A DNA stretch of 64,000 nt from the NCBI GenBank assembly GCA_964016885.1, contig OZ024744.1:126542001-126606000 (forward strand). The letters are read 5' to 3'. Origin of the DNA: Eledone cirrhosa. Its lineage: Eukaryota. This document shows, in pieces, positions 13,365 through 26,268 of this stretch. Position 1 is the first letter of the stretch. Each line of letters begins with the position of its first letter. The translations under genes and the position numbers were made by a program. Under the pieces are notes generated by a model. It saw nothing but the letters and a program-made list of their open reading frames with translations, did not search any database and was not told the DNA's origin.

Positions 13365-13990
13365 CATCAACATCATCACTGTTTTTATGTTGGTTTTTCC
13401 ATGCTTGCTTGGTTGGACAGGTCCTTCTCAACATGGCATCTTTCCACTTGACGTGTTCCTTTGTCATCTCCTCTGTGAGAGTCAGTTCTTTGCAGTCAGT
13501 TCACACAGCCTCTGTCCAGGTCTTTCTTGGTCTACCTCTACTATGGTTTCCTTCTACTGGGATTTCCTGGCACTTCTTCACCCAGTGGTCATTATCCATG
13601 TTCATCACATGTCGTACAAACACAGTCTTCTCTCTTACACACCACTTCAGATCACTCTTAAACCCAGCTTCTTCTTGTACTCGTCCAAGCTCTGCCTTTC
13701 TCTCACACTTACATAACATATCCTACAAATCATGGTTGTTGCATTTCTCTCCAGTCTACATATCCTCTGCAGTCACAGCCATGTTTAGTTACCATGCATC
13801 ATTGCACATCACCCACATGTGTCATACAGTCGTCCTTTTGTACAGAGATAGAAACCTTTTGTGGTCAACTGTTGCAGTAGCTCTCTAAATTTTTCTATCC
13901 TATCCTTATTCTAGCTATTCATCTTTCAGAGCAGCCTCCTCCACTGATAATTAAGTCAACTAGATTGTAAAAGCAATCAACCACTTCTAT
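13365..13990 (-). mobile_element. Old RTE 3' fragment; paralogs ~30635-31270, ~45125-45760, ~59630-60270 on +
   Basis: ORF 13501-13719 (HVM..WVKKCQEIPVEGNHSRGRPRKTW); degenerate (GAT)n tail. Confidence 0.8.
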
Positions 13991-14000
13991 GTGTGTATTA

Positions 14001-15435
14001 TCTACTATATAAATGGCAATTTCTGTCTGTCTGTGTATAACCAGTTGGTGCCTACACCAGTGATCAGATCCTGATGAAACTTTACACACATGTTAAGCTA
14101 ATATTCAGAAACAGGACTGGCTAATTAGATTTCAATAAATGGAACCCCTGTGGACATCTTTACAATGGAGGAGGAAAGAGATGTTTCAGTGAGAGAGGGG
14201 GAAGAGGAGATACTACTACTGTATGTTAAACCCTCTCTCCCACTACTCCCCTTCCTCCTCCCACAACTCAGTCCTCCAAAACGAGGCAACAACTTACTAG
14301 AAATATACATATAGAAATTTCAACCAAAGTAGACGACAATGTGCGTTGTTGATTGTTCTCCATTCTGTAGAGAAAGGGAGAGAGGGGTTGAGAGAGAAAG
14401 AGAGTGTTGAGGAGGGGAGAAAATGATAGCGTTCGATAACTTTTACTTTTATTTATTATTTACACACTGTTTAACTCTCCCCCTTCCTCAACCTTACGTC
14501 TCTTTCTCTCTCTCTTTCATACAATACGTACTGTGACTGTGTCTGTTGTGTTGTGTGTCTGGGCAAGTTACAATGTCCACATACACACACACAAACATGC
14601 ATCTCTATATATATACATATAAAACTGAGGATGTGTGTGTGTATGTCCGTACCTACGTTACTTCTACAGTTTGCAACCGATTTTCTTCAAATTTGGAACA
14701 AACATGGGTTATGTTCCCAGAAGTGTTGTCGACTCATAAAATTTTCCATTTTTTTCTCTAATGTGGCCCCTAGGTGGACGAAGGCTGTACTGGATCACTG
14801 TGACAATCACGTCACATGTGCAAAAGTTAAATAATTGTTGGTTAACATTTTACACGTCGTAGTGTGTTACATCCTCTTTCCTTAGATAAGGCCTCCAAGG
14901 AAGAGATCCACCATTGGTAAAAAAACAGCGAAAGCTGAGAGAGGGAAAAGAAGGAAAGCAAAGGAATCATCAGTGGAGGCAGCAATTAGATGATCGCAAG
15001 ATGCTGAATGTAAAGCTACTGCAAGAGTATTAGAAAACTACAAGCAGTGTTGTATTTAAGACATAGGTTACTTATGTATTTCGGATGGTCATGGGCACTT
15101 TCATTTTTCCAGATATTGATTATAGGGCTCCCCAGGGGCAGATAACCCCCTTTAACCACATCCTTGGTGTCGACTGAAGCACTGCAGTGCATTGCAACAA
15201 AACGTCATAACTTCTGTAGTTCGCAACCGATTTTTACCAAACTTGACACATGGGCTACGTGCGTTCTCCAGATGAATTGCGACATATTGAGTAGGGGATT
15301 CCTGGGGCAGGAACCCCCTTTTGAAAAAAGACGAATGTGTACAAGTATAGTTTTCGAAGCAGCACTGAAGTATTGACATGATTGCTATACATGACAGCTA
15401 TTTAATGCCCGAGATATGCCAGGTACCTCTGCTAG
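14001..15435 (+). mobile_element. Non-autonomous Helitron
   Basis: A|TCTACTATATAAA 5' end, short subterminal hairpin-like motif + CTAG|T 3' end, no TSD; empty site ctaa|ttaca in units 2 and 3. Confidence 0.85.
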
Positions 15436-15699
15436 TCACATATATAATTAAAACTGACAATTCCACCAATAAAGATTTACCTCCCTTTTTGACAATATGA
15501 AACTCTCCTCTGTTTGAGGTAAAAATAATTGGAGGAAAGAACTTCCTTTTAATATATTTGTCGGCATGCCCAACAACGGGTCTGTTTGGAAGTGCCTCCC
15601 TCCAATAAACAGTGGTGGCCATAAGTGGACTCAGAAACCAATGATCAAACATGCATGTTATGTGTATGAAACATTATTTACTCTAAATAGACTATGGGT

Positions 15700-17102
15700 C
15701 CACAAGAGATTTAGTGAGATACATGGTAAGTTAACTAAGAACTGTAAGTTTTACATGGGGTCATTACACTGGAGCAGTAAGAAGCAATCGCTTTTAGGAG
15801 ACAAGCTCTATCAAATATTTAAAGGGTTCCATAGAAACAGTTGACAGTTTCTGTTACCTGGGTGACCAAATTAGCAGTGGAGGTAGGTGTACTGAAAGTA
15901 CAGAAACCAGAGTATGAACAAGATGGCAAAGGTTTAGGGTGCTACTACTGCTGCTAGCTACAAAAGGTTGTTTCATCAAATTGATGTGTGCATATGAACA
16001 GCAATGCTGCATTGCAGTGAGATCTGGGCACTGTGTGCAGAGGACCTCCGAAGATTGGATAGAAATGAAGCTTGAATTCTCCAATGGATGTGTAATATTA
16101 ATATACATGAAGAGCAAAGTGTAAATAAACTGAGAGGGATAAGATACAGTATGCAGGAGAGGAGATTGCTGTGGTATGGGGATGTGTATGAAGGTAGAGA
16201 TGCTGTATAAAAGGTTGACTGCTTGAAATTGATGGAAGTGGAAGACCTAGGAAAGCTTGGGATGAGGAGGTAAAAACTGACCTGATACCATTGTACCTCT
16301 CAAAGGTGATGACACAGGATTGAAATCTCTGGCGTTATACAGTACTGCAGGAGACCTGCATTCCCATGTCCACGGGTTGACACAACATTTAGTGGTTTGA
16401 AGTATGCTCTAATTTTCCTCTTCCCCACATCTTAACACTCCACCCACTTACCAGCTAAGTACTCCACCCTGACCTACCTCTCCCATACCCACCCTACATA
16501 CACACAGCCCCACCCCCACTTTCACATCTGATACACCTTTCTTGACCAACCCATGTATACAAGTATGGAAAGCTTAACATGCTCTCCCTCAATGCTGCTT
16601 AAATGGCTAAACCCTCAGGCAACCCTGTAAGGTGGTCATGCAAGTGTCATGACAAAAGAGCACAGAGTCCTCTCTGTTAGGTAATATGACAAAGAGCACG
16701 CAACCCTCCCTGCAAGGTAGTCATGCTGGTGACATGACAAATAAGCACCCAGTTCACCCAGTGATGTAGACATGACAGGAGGCCTCTAGCCCACCTTGTA
16801 AGGTGGTCATGCTAGTGGCAAGACTGAAGGGACCCGAACTACCCTTCAAATTGGTGACATGACAAAGAGCAGCAAAAAGCACCCAGTCCACCCTGTAGGT
16901 TGGTCATGTTAGCAACACAACAATAAATACCAAGTCCACCCTGTAAATGTGGTTGGAGTTAGGAAGGGCATCCAGCCGTACAATCCAACCAGAAATGGTT
17001 CTTGCATGAGTAAGGCAGGGTTATTTGATCTAAGTTTTCACACAATAGGACAACTCGTCTGACCCATGCTAGCATGGAAATTGGAGTTTAAATTGTGATG
17101 AG
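15700..17102 (+). mobile_element. Degenerate RTE 3' fragment with repetitive 3' UTR; paralogs ~28910-30360, ~44010-44690, ~56400-57985 on -
   Basis: VDSFCYLGDQISSGG..RWQRFR..LL motifs; tail resembles the other RTE tails in the window. Confidence 0.75.
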
Positions 17103-17440
17103 GATAAATACAATATAGGAATATACACGTATGTATTATATTCTTTTATTCTTTTAAGTGTTCCAGCTATCTGGCTGAGGCCATGCTGGGGCACCGCCCT
17201 TCAGATATATGTATATATATGATAGAATCAAGACGTATCTGAGGACCTTGAGATTTTCAGGTTCGATCATCACATCGTTTGTACCCAGAGCTGGTCGCCA
17301 TAGAAACGATTGTAATATGTCCACTAAATTCCATTCATCGCAACACTGATTCTCTCTTTTTCTGTGATATACTCTGCTCTATGAGAGCATCGAGTGCTCA
17401 AACGGCCTACTGCATATGGACGCTTTAAGCATCCCAAACC

Positions 17441-17489
<49 letters not shown>

Positions 17490-17499
17490 TAACAGATTA

Positions 17500-17860
17500 A
17501 AGTTTAAGCAAAGAATCGCTGCTTTCCCCCTTAACGGGATCTTCTGAAACTAAAAAAAGATCAATCCATGACCGAAAAAGTAAATATTTCGAAAAACTTT
17601 GCAACCGAAGGAAAACAGGAAGACGATACTTTGGTTCGTGAAGACGTTTCCTGGCAATGAACGGAAAAAAGCGAAGATAATACGTCGTTATGTGGAGCGG
17701 TGATAGCAATTTCACGTAAAGACAAAACCACGTTTATGGTATAAATGGAGGCGTAGACTAATATACTATTTAGGAAACTGAATGATTCTCGGCTTCGGAG
17801 TTCAGAATAATGTAAATAAATTAGTTGAACGAAAATGACAGAGGTTATTAAAATCATAAA
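17500..17860 (+). promoter_or_regulatory. CpG-enriched putative promoter/exon 1 of the ZNF unit (orphan copy; paralogs ~28260-28790, ~43670-44005, ~56060-56395 on -)
   Basis: Locally CpG-rich unique block at the head of every unit, with a donor-like cg|GTGAGA in the two copies that lead to ZNF exons. Confidence 0.45.
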
Positions 17861-20582
17861 AGTAATAATAATTAAATATATACATACACACATTTATACA
17901 CGTGTATATACAAAAACACCCGGCATGCATGCATATACATGCACGTACACATAAACACGTACACACAGACGTAAACCGGTGTGACACATATACCCGCACA
18001 CGTACGGACATATACACCAAATACACATAAATATATGTTTGTGTGTATACATATAATTATATATACATATATAAATATACACGCATAAATGCGTATAGAA
18101 CGCACACTCACACATACCTACAGGTAAATACACATATGTTCACCAAACGTACATATACCAAAACCCTATGTACACATATACACACTCATTCATACCCATA
18201 TACATACATACGTACATATATGTGTATACATATTTAGAGAGAGAGAGCAGTTGTATTGTATAATATCGCTGCTATTTCTAGCAGTCAGTGAGACTACGTG
18301 GAGATTTTCTTATTGATATATAATTGATATTTTACTGAGTGATACTTTCTGATTTACAATCAATTAAATACGATTGGAATTGTGTCTGAAGGTATTAAAT
18401 TATAACAGGGACTTTTAACGTATGACACCGGCACGACAGTTGAAACGTTCTCAACGACACCGGGTACCTGCTGTCTTCATTATAACTTTAATTAATCTAA
18501 TTATATCTTGTGTAACAATTATATATATATATATAATTTTAATTCCCCGACATCAGTCTTACACTGTCATATCTATTCTTACTTTACAATTGTGTCTACT
18601 AAGAGTTCCATTACAATCTGTAGTAGTAAAACTACTATTTCACCAGAACATCTGCTATCAGTCATTTATAGACAATATATATATTTTAGACCACATATCA
18701 ACCTAATATATATATATTTCCTATCAAATCTGTAGCTAAAGACATAAAGTCAGCCTCACTACTTCATTCTGACAAGATATTAATTTATGACTAAAGATGA
18801 AGAAGATACACCAACGTTAATGTCGTGAAATAAAGCTGATAACATTGAAACTTCTAATTTGATAACAAAGAGATTATTTCTTTGGTTGTTTAGTAACAAC
18901 TAACAACACAACACATTGATTATATGTGAAGGAGGTAAGTTGACAAAGATTTACTTAATGTCTATATTAATGTGTGTAAATAATATAATTATATGAACCC
19001 TACAACGACCCAGTAATTATATACAAGTGAAAATATATATAGCAACATTAGAAAAATATATTTCTTCCTCCACTTTTATATATAAAAAAAACACTTCCAA
19101 ACTGAAATGTTGATGTGATATTTTTCAATCATCAGATTCCACTGTTACATGTGATATAAAATATATTGTTATCATGACTGTCTTTATTATTTAAATTACC
19201 TCCGTCTATATTTCAACCACTGGAACAACCTCAAACAAGAAACAGTTGTCACCCTCAGTCAACATTTTAATAGAAAAAAATCGAAATATATGTTATGAGT
19301 GTATATAGATAGATGTATGTTGTGTGTGTATATATACAGTAATCCCCCGCTATATCGCGGTTCACTTTTCGCGGTCCCGTTACATCGCGGATATTTCTTT
19401 GGAACGTATCTAATTTCCTATCGCGGTAATCCTCGCCACATCGCGGATTATTCGTTAGAACATATCTAGTTTCTTATCGCGGTACGTCTGAATAAAAAGT
19501 GTTTAAATTTTACACTTATTAAATAAGTTTCAATGTTATTAAAGTGTATATCGTAAGGAAGGGACATCTTAAGGCTTTAACTATGAAAAAATGTTTATAT
19601 TTTTCATTCCATTATTCTTTTACTGATTGTGTTTTGCTCTAATCTACTACAAACCCTTCATAGATTGACGGGAGATGTGCAGTGTATTACCAAGTGGCTA
19701 CCGTGGCTGGCAATAGTCCTCATTGGTAACTAGTGGTATGATGGTTGGTGGTAGTTTCTATACGATCGTTACTGGTTGTTTTTGGTGTTTAAATACAAAA
19801 GTGTGCTTTAATGAGTTTATATGTACTTAAAGCATGTATGAGGTATTTTAAGGCTTAAACTATGGAAACAACGGTTGTCTTTATGGTCTCTCTATATCAC
19901 GGTTGGTTCTGGAACGTATCCTGGCTTAGTGGTTCAAGCATTGGGGCTTGCAATCGAATGGTTGTGAGTTCGATTGTCGTACCGAGTGATGTGATGTATC
20001 CTTGAGCAAGACACTCTATTTCACATTGTTTACTCAGCTGTAGAAATGAGTTGTGATGTTACTGGTGCCAAGCTGTATCAGCCATTGTCTTTCTCTTGGA
20101 CAACATCATATATAGTGTATAATATATACTGTATATAGTGTATATATAATATATATATAGTGTATATATACTGTACACAGTGTATATATAATATATATAT
20201 AGTATATATGTTGTGATACTGGTGCCAAGCTGTATCAGCCATAGCCTTTCTCTTGGATAACATCATATATAGTGTATAATATATACTGTACATAGTGTAT
20301 ATATATATATATAGTATATATGTTGTGTTACTGGTGCCAAGCTGTATCAGCCATAGCCTTTCTCTTGGACAACATCATATATAGTGTATAATATATACTG
20401 TACATAGTGTATATATAATATATATATAGTGTACATAGTGTATATATAATATATATATAGTGTATATATACTGTATATAGTGTATATATAATATATATAT
20501 ATCGTATATATAATATATATAGTGTATATATATGGTACATAGTGTATATATAATATATATATAGTGTATATATACTGTACCT

Positions 20583-20731
20583 GGTGTATAGTTTTTAACT
20601 GGTTGAAATCCTTCACTCTCAGTTGAAGAGAGGTAGTCACGGTTCTAGGACAGCATTCTTCACTGTATGAGATGTCATCTGGTGTACCACAGGGATCTGT
20701 TCTTGGACCCCTTTTGTTTGTTGCATATATA
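20583..20731 (+). mobile_element. RT fragment of a different (CR1/L2/Jockey-like) LINE at the end of the truncated unit
   Basis: FNWLKSF....VTV.G.HSS....SSGVPQGSVLGPLLFVAYI. Confidence 0.7.
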
Positions 20732-20894
20732 GTGGATAAATGTATTCTTTTGTGGATGAATGATAAAAAGAATAATGCCAGAATTGTGATGTTGACAATG
20801 TTTATTTTACATTAACAATATTCACTTGTTGCTATATTGAATATCGAGTAACATTATAGAACCATCTAGGCAATAGAAGGAGCTGGTGTCCTGT

Positions 20895-21105
20895 GTCCAC
20901 TTGCTACTTATTGCACCTGAGCATCGCCACATACAAAATCTACGTCCTTAGATAGCTTACCTCTAATCCCACTACATCTTTTATGTACCTATAGTTTGCA
21001 TTTAGGACATAAAATGGAATTTCTACCTACTCCTTTGCTACACACTGAACGTGGCCATTTCCGAGAGGGCACCTGTGCCCTATTTTCCTTTCTACATACT
21101 AGAAT
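20895..21105 (-). mobile_element. RTE fragment (PHD-like region)
   Basis: Matches ~3125-3340 of the long RTE. Confidence 0.75.
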
Positions 21106-22385
21106 ATGTGTATGTAACTCAAATAGTGGTCCCCCATCCTCACTTTGGTCTCAAATAATTGTACCCACCCTCGCTTTCATCTCAAATAATTCTCCCCCAC
21201 CCTCGCTTTTGTCTCAAATAATCTTCCCCCACCCTCACTTATTTATTTTCCACCCCACTCTTGATTCACCCTACCCTCTGTTTATTATATTTTTCTTATC
21301 TCTGGTGAAATATTATTCAAAGTGGTCGCATTCCTGCGACAATTTTCTTTAGACATTAAAAAACATTTTACATGACATAAAAAGTGCATTACTAGAAATG
21401 CCATATGTTATAAAATAAATAAGATGGGTTGGAGTCTCATTATGTAAACTAAATTACTAATTCTGGATTTCTATCTCTGGAGAAGTTTTACAGATTTTCC
21501 ACACACCCCACGTTTCTTTCTGGGTCGATGTATTTAATATAGCAAAAAGCACCCAGGTCTACATTGTAAAGTTGTTATGTAGGTGTCATGACAAAAAGCA
21601 CCCAGCCCACACTGTAAATTGATCTTGTAGGTATCACACCAAAAAGTGCCCAGTCCACACTGTAATGTGGTCATGTAGGTGTCAGAACAAAAAGTGCCCA
21701 GCATACACTGTAAATATGGTTGGCATTAGGAAGGGCATTCCTCCGTGTAAACAAAGACAGAAACAGTTCTGTATGAGCAAAACATGGTCACCTGACCGAA
21801 ATTGCTTCAAATAGGACAACCTGTTAAACCCATGCTACCTTGGAAAATGGCTGTTAAATGATAACGATATATTTATGTATATGAATTTTTTTTTCTTTTA
21901 CGCCTGGGAGTGAAAGACCTCCAGTTGTTGTCACAACCTTCTAGGAGAAGGAAACTCTGAAAGAAAACCTGCGGCTTAGGAAACATCCGATGATGTTGAT
22001 CAGTTCTCCTTTTTGGGTAGTGTTTTTGATGTTCAGAGAGTGGGATTGGTTGAGTGCAAGGCCTTTCCCCACTTAAAAAACCTTCAAAGCACAGGCATTG
22101 CTTGTTCAGGATATGTTATAAGTTTGTATGGCTGGCCGTAGCCTAAAAGTGGACCAAATTCTATAATGTGACAAGTGATTGCAAAACTCTTAGCAGAGTT
22201 TTCAGCCTTCACATGTATATATAGAGATAAAATGTGGTTGGTGTTAGGAAGGGCATCCAACTGTAGAAAACCTGCCAGATACGAGTGAGACACGGTCACC
22301 CAATCAATGAAGTGGGACAATTCCCGTCTAACCCATGTTAGCGTGGCAGACATTTAATGATGATGATGATGATACATATAAATAT

Positions 22386-22833
22386 GTCACTGGACCGAGA
22401 GCTTTGGCGCTACACAGTAATAGAGAAGACCCAATTTACCTAAGTACAAAGTGAAACCTACTACAGTCAGTAGGCACCTCTAACAAAATACACCCCGTCC
22501 CACTACACCCACCCCATCCACACCACCCCTTTCAATGTAAAGTTATGTTGGTACCACAACATCCATTCCGAAGCAAATGAGGTCATGTAGGTGTCACGAC
22601 AAAAAAACACACAGTCCACGCTGTAATGTGGCCGTGTAGGTAACACGGTAAAAACCTCCCAGTTCCACACTGTAAACGGGGTTGGTGTTAGGAAGGGCAT
22701 CCAGCCGTAGAAAACCTGCCAGACAGTCCTATGCGAGCAAGACAACCACTCTTGCCTCAAGTGGGAAAACTCCCGTCCAAACCCATGCAAGCGTGGAATA
22801 TGGACGTTAAATGATGATGATGATGATGATGAT
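22386..22833 (+). mobile_element. 5'-truncated RTE 3' end
   Basis: SLDRELWRYTVIEKTQFT* followed by the 3' UTR and (GAT)n, as at 2229-2760. Confidence 0.85.
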
Positions 22834-22940
22834 ATATATATAATGTGTATATATATATATGTATATATGTACATATATATATATGGATTTGTGTATATAT
22901 ATATTTGTACACATATATATGTGTATATATATATGTATTT

Positions 22941-23279
22941 CATCATCATCATCATTTTACATCCACTTTTCCCTGCTTGCAAGGGTGGGACGGCCACTGA
23001 TTCTGGCTTGATCTCTACAGCTGGATGCCCTTCCTAACACCAACCTCATTTACAGTGAGTGCTGGGTGCTTTTTTTTCCATGGCACCTCCACGACCACTT
23101 TGCAGTGGAGTGATAGGGACCCCAGTTCCTATCATCTCACTTCTACAGCTGAGTAAACTGGAGCAATGTGAAATAAAGTGTCTTGCTCAAGTAAACAACA
23201 CATCACCTGGTCTGAGAATTGAACTCACGACCTTTCGATTGCAAGGCCAATGCTCTAACCACTAAGCCATGTGCCTCCA
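22941..23279 (-). mobile_element. Full-length tRNA/CORE-like SINE with RTE-derived tail
   Basis: Head GGAGGCACATGGCTTAGTGGTTAGAG...GAGTTCAATTC; tail tcccacccttgcaagcagggaaaagtggatgtaaaatgatgatg. Confidence 0.85.
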
Positions 23280-23344
23280 CATATGTGTGTGTGTATATAT
23301 ATGGAGGCACATGGCTTAGTGGTTAGAGCATTGGCCTTGCAATT

Positions 23345-23393
23345 GAACATTGTACACAGTGTGGAATGACTGTATGTACGGTGGATGGAATTA
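23345..23393 (+). pseudogene. 5'-truncated exon of a death-domain gene (EHCTQCGMTVCTVDGI)
   Basis: Open frame ending in a phase-1 donor A|GTAAGT at 23394, in frame with the next exon. Confidence 0.55.
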
Positions 23394-23575
23394 GTAAGTA
23401 ATTATTTGTTGTGGGCCTAAATACTCAGATATGACCTGATATAACAAAAAGAGAAAATATTGACTAAAGCCATTGTGATCACTAGTTGACTTCTGATGAT
23501 AGGAATGTCTGAAAATATAAAATATAGATTATAAACAGGAATAGAAAATGAAAAAACTTGAAAATATTTTTTCAG

Positions 23576-23647
23576 GGTCTCAAAAGCCGAATGAGAAAGT
23601 CCTGTGGAAGGTAGCAGGACTGTGAGGAATAAATTGGTATGAAGTTG
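23576..23647 (+). pseudogene. Death-domain exon (SQKPNEKVLWKVAGL*GINWYEVG), in-frame TGA at 23623-23625
   Basis: ttttttcAG acceptor and G|GTGAGT donor, both phase 1; helix 1-2 pattern of a death domain. Confidence 0.75.
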
Positions 23648-24284
23648 GTGAGTATAAGATTACAGTATCTTGTTGATTTCTATAAAGTTTACTTTTAACT
23701 GAATTGGTAAAAATGGATAAATTAGAAGATGCAATATAACTAATATTGTCTTCTAAAACAGGGAATAAAAATCTGTTGGTGTATTGGGGTAAAAAGTGAG
23801 TTAATGGGAATGTTTTTGTTTGTTTTTATTGAAACATATTAAATTTACAGATAGGTTGTTATTGTTATTTAGTCTCGGTTCTGCCATGATCTGCAGATTT
23901 ATAATGGAGGGTGTTCCAGGTGTGACCACCCTACATTATTCCTAGAGATTGTTACTCCTTCATTCTTCAGTCATCTTTGTCTTATGAGATGGTGTAGTCT
24001 TATTGTTAAGGTTATGGTCTTCCTTTGTCCACACTCTCTATCAAAGCCTTCCTTCTCTGGAAAAAGTTTTAATGTTTACAACCATCTGTCTATTTGTTTT
24101 CTGATGAGAATAAAGTTAATCTTGCTTGTATGTCTACCTGATCAAATAACTGGCTGATATCTTGAAGTCATTTACACCACAGAACTGTAGGAGTCTTGAT
24201 CCCTCAAGCCATACCTCTAGCCATCATGTACTCCAAAAGAGTCACCTTGGTGCTACTCAACATGTCCATTAAATTTAGCAGCAA

Positions 24285-25598
24285 GGATGCCCTCTTCTTA
24301 GTGAGACAACTACAAGACAGGTTCTTAGAGAAGAATAAACTACTATACTTAGCTTTTGTTGACCTAGAGATGGCCTTCGATAGAGAACCCCGATCTGTCA
24401 TCTGGTGGTCCCTAAGGAAACTAGGTGTAGTGGAATGGCTTGTGAGGACAGTGCAAGCTATGTACAGGGATGCTGTCAGTAAAGTGAGGGTAGGAATGGG
24501 GTTTAGTGAGGAATTCAAGATATAAGTATGTGTACATCAGTGTTCGGTCCTCAGTCCGCTCTTGTTCATTATAGTCCTCCAAGTCATAACAGAGGAGTTT
24601 AAGACTGGCTGTCTATGGGAACTACTCTATACTGACGATCTGGTTCTTATAGCAGAGTCAGTAGAGGAGCTAGAGAATAAATTCTGGCTATAGAAACAGT
24701 AGTTGGAATCAAGAAGACTGAGAGGGAACCTAGCTAAGACAAAAGTGTTGATGAGTAGAAAAGAGGACAAAACTCTGATTCCACCAGGGAAATGGTCATA
24801 TTCGATATGTATAAAATGTAAGCAATGCAGATCTTGCGTACTCAAGAGATGTAGTGGGATAGCAGGCAAACTGACAGGTAGGGAAAACTACGTATGCAGT
24901 AGATGTACAGGGAAATTTGACAGTAGAAGTCGCAGTGATAGACACATTTTTCAAATGGAGGTAGGATCTACAGAGTTAGTTGATAGCTTCTGATACCTAG
25001 GTGATCAGATTAATATGGGAGGAGGGTGCTCTGAGGCCATAGTATCTAGAATAAGGATGGGTTGGAAGAAGTTTAGGGAGCTGCTTCCTCTGCTGTTGAA
25101 GAAGGGTTTCTCCCTACGAATGAAAGGCTGGTTATATGATGGCTGTGTGAGATGTGTGATGCTGCATGGTAGTGAGACATGGACAGCAACTGTGGAGGAA
25201 ATATGACGGCCGGAGAGAAATGAAGCAAGCATGCTCCGTTGGATGTGCAATGTCAATGAGTGTGAATGACCCAGCATAGACGAGTTGAGAGAGAAACTGT
25301 GTATAAGAGAGATAAGATGTAGTGTGTGGGAGAGAAGACTATGTTGGTATGGATGTGTGATATGCATGGTGGGTGACTGCTGAGTAATGAAGTGCCAAGA
25401 AATCCTAGTGGAAGAAAGACGCAGTAGAGGAAGACCACAAAAAACATGGGGAGAGTTGGTGAGAGCAGATCTGAGATCGCTGAAGCTCACAGAGTAGATG
25501 ACAAAGGACCGTGACGAATGGAGAGATGATGAATAGGACCCATCCCACCCTTGCAAGCAGGGAAAAGAGGATGTAAAATGATGATGATGATGATGATG
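24285..25598 (+). mobile_element. 5'-truncated degenerate RTE LINE inside the death-domain gene intron
   Basis: AFVDLEMAFDR, LLYTDD, MLHGSETW, RGRPQKTW; tail ending (TGA)n. Confidence 0.9.
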
Positions 25599-26065
25599 AG
25601 GAAATGTTTGTCACTTGTCATTGATGTCTTGGTAGATTTTAGGCAGAAACATGACTATTTCAGACACTGATCTTGTGATGTTATTGAGGGGTCTTCAATC
25701 TCATCCTTTAAACCTTTCCTATGGATGACATGTTGTGAATGTTGGTTATCAATGTTGGATATTTAAATTCTGAACAAGTTCTGACAATACGAAAACTTCT
25801 GCCATTTCTTTGCCATAATTTTCTCAAGTCTATTTTCTTTAATCTTGTTCTTCTTTCTTCTCCTCACTTCAACTTCTTTATTTTTGTCGGTATCCTTGGA
25901 AACATACAACAATATTTTAGAATTTTTATGTTAATTATTTCTGTTACTCTACAGCTAGTTACTTTATTTACAACAACCTGTGGTATACATATTTTATATA
26001 ACTAATCTGTTTAATGTTGTTGTTGTTGTTATAGTATTGGTTTCTTATTGTTTTATATTTTACAG

Positions 26066-26268
26066 GTATTCAATTAGAAGTTCCAGCTTATATACGGAAC
26101 AACATTGAACATAACTATAGTGATATTGGCAAACAGGCTTTTCAAATGTTACTCAAACGGTGTGAAATTAGTAAACCAGAAGAATGCACCATAGCCACTC
26201 TGAAAGAAGCTCTAAACACAGCAGATTGTTTTGAGGCTCTTCGTTGTCTAGATTCAGAGGAAAACTAG
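26066..26268 (+). pseudogene. Terminal death-domain exon (GIQLEVPAYIRNNIEHNYSDIGKQAFQMLLKRCEISKPEECTIATLKEALNTADCFEALRCLDSEEN*)
   Basis: ttttacAG acceptor, phase-compatible with the previous exon; death-domain pattern I..IE......QA.QML........T...L..AL; AATAAA near 26582. Confidence 0.8.

Noticed and set aside
13247-13888. 213-aa ORF downstream of ZNF copy 1 and its paralogs
   Set aside because: Antisense frame of an RTE fragment plus microsatellite; frames are not conserved among copies
14125-14310. 61-aa ORF identical in two places (also 59317-59502)
   Set aside because: Lies inside the duplicated Helitron, is low-complexity, and identity reflects recent duplication
17221-17445. Penelope-type hammerhead ribozyme (CTGAGGA...)
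   Set aside because: The required GAAA core after stem II is not present (reads CGATC); left as an unclassified insert
23623-23625. Selenocysteine or edited-stop recoding of the death-domain TGA
   Set aside because: No SECIS identified; a second lesion (W->R) and 5' truncation make a pseudogene more parsimonious
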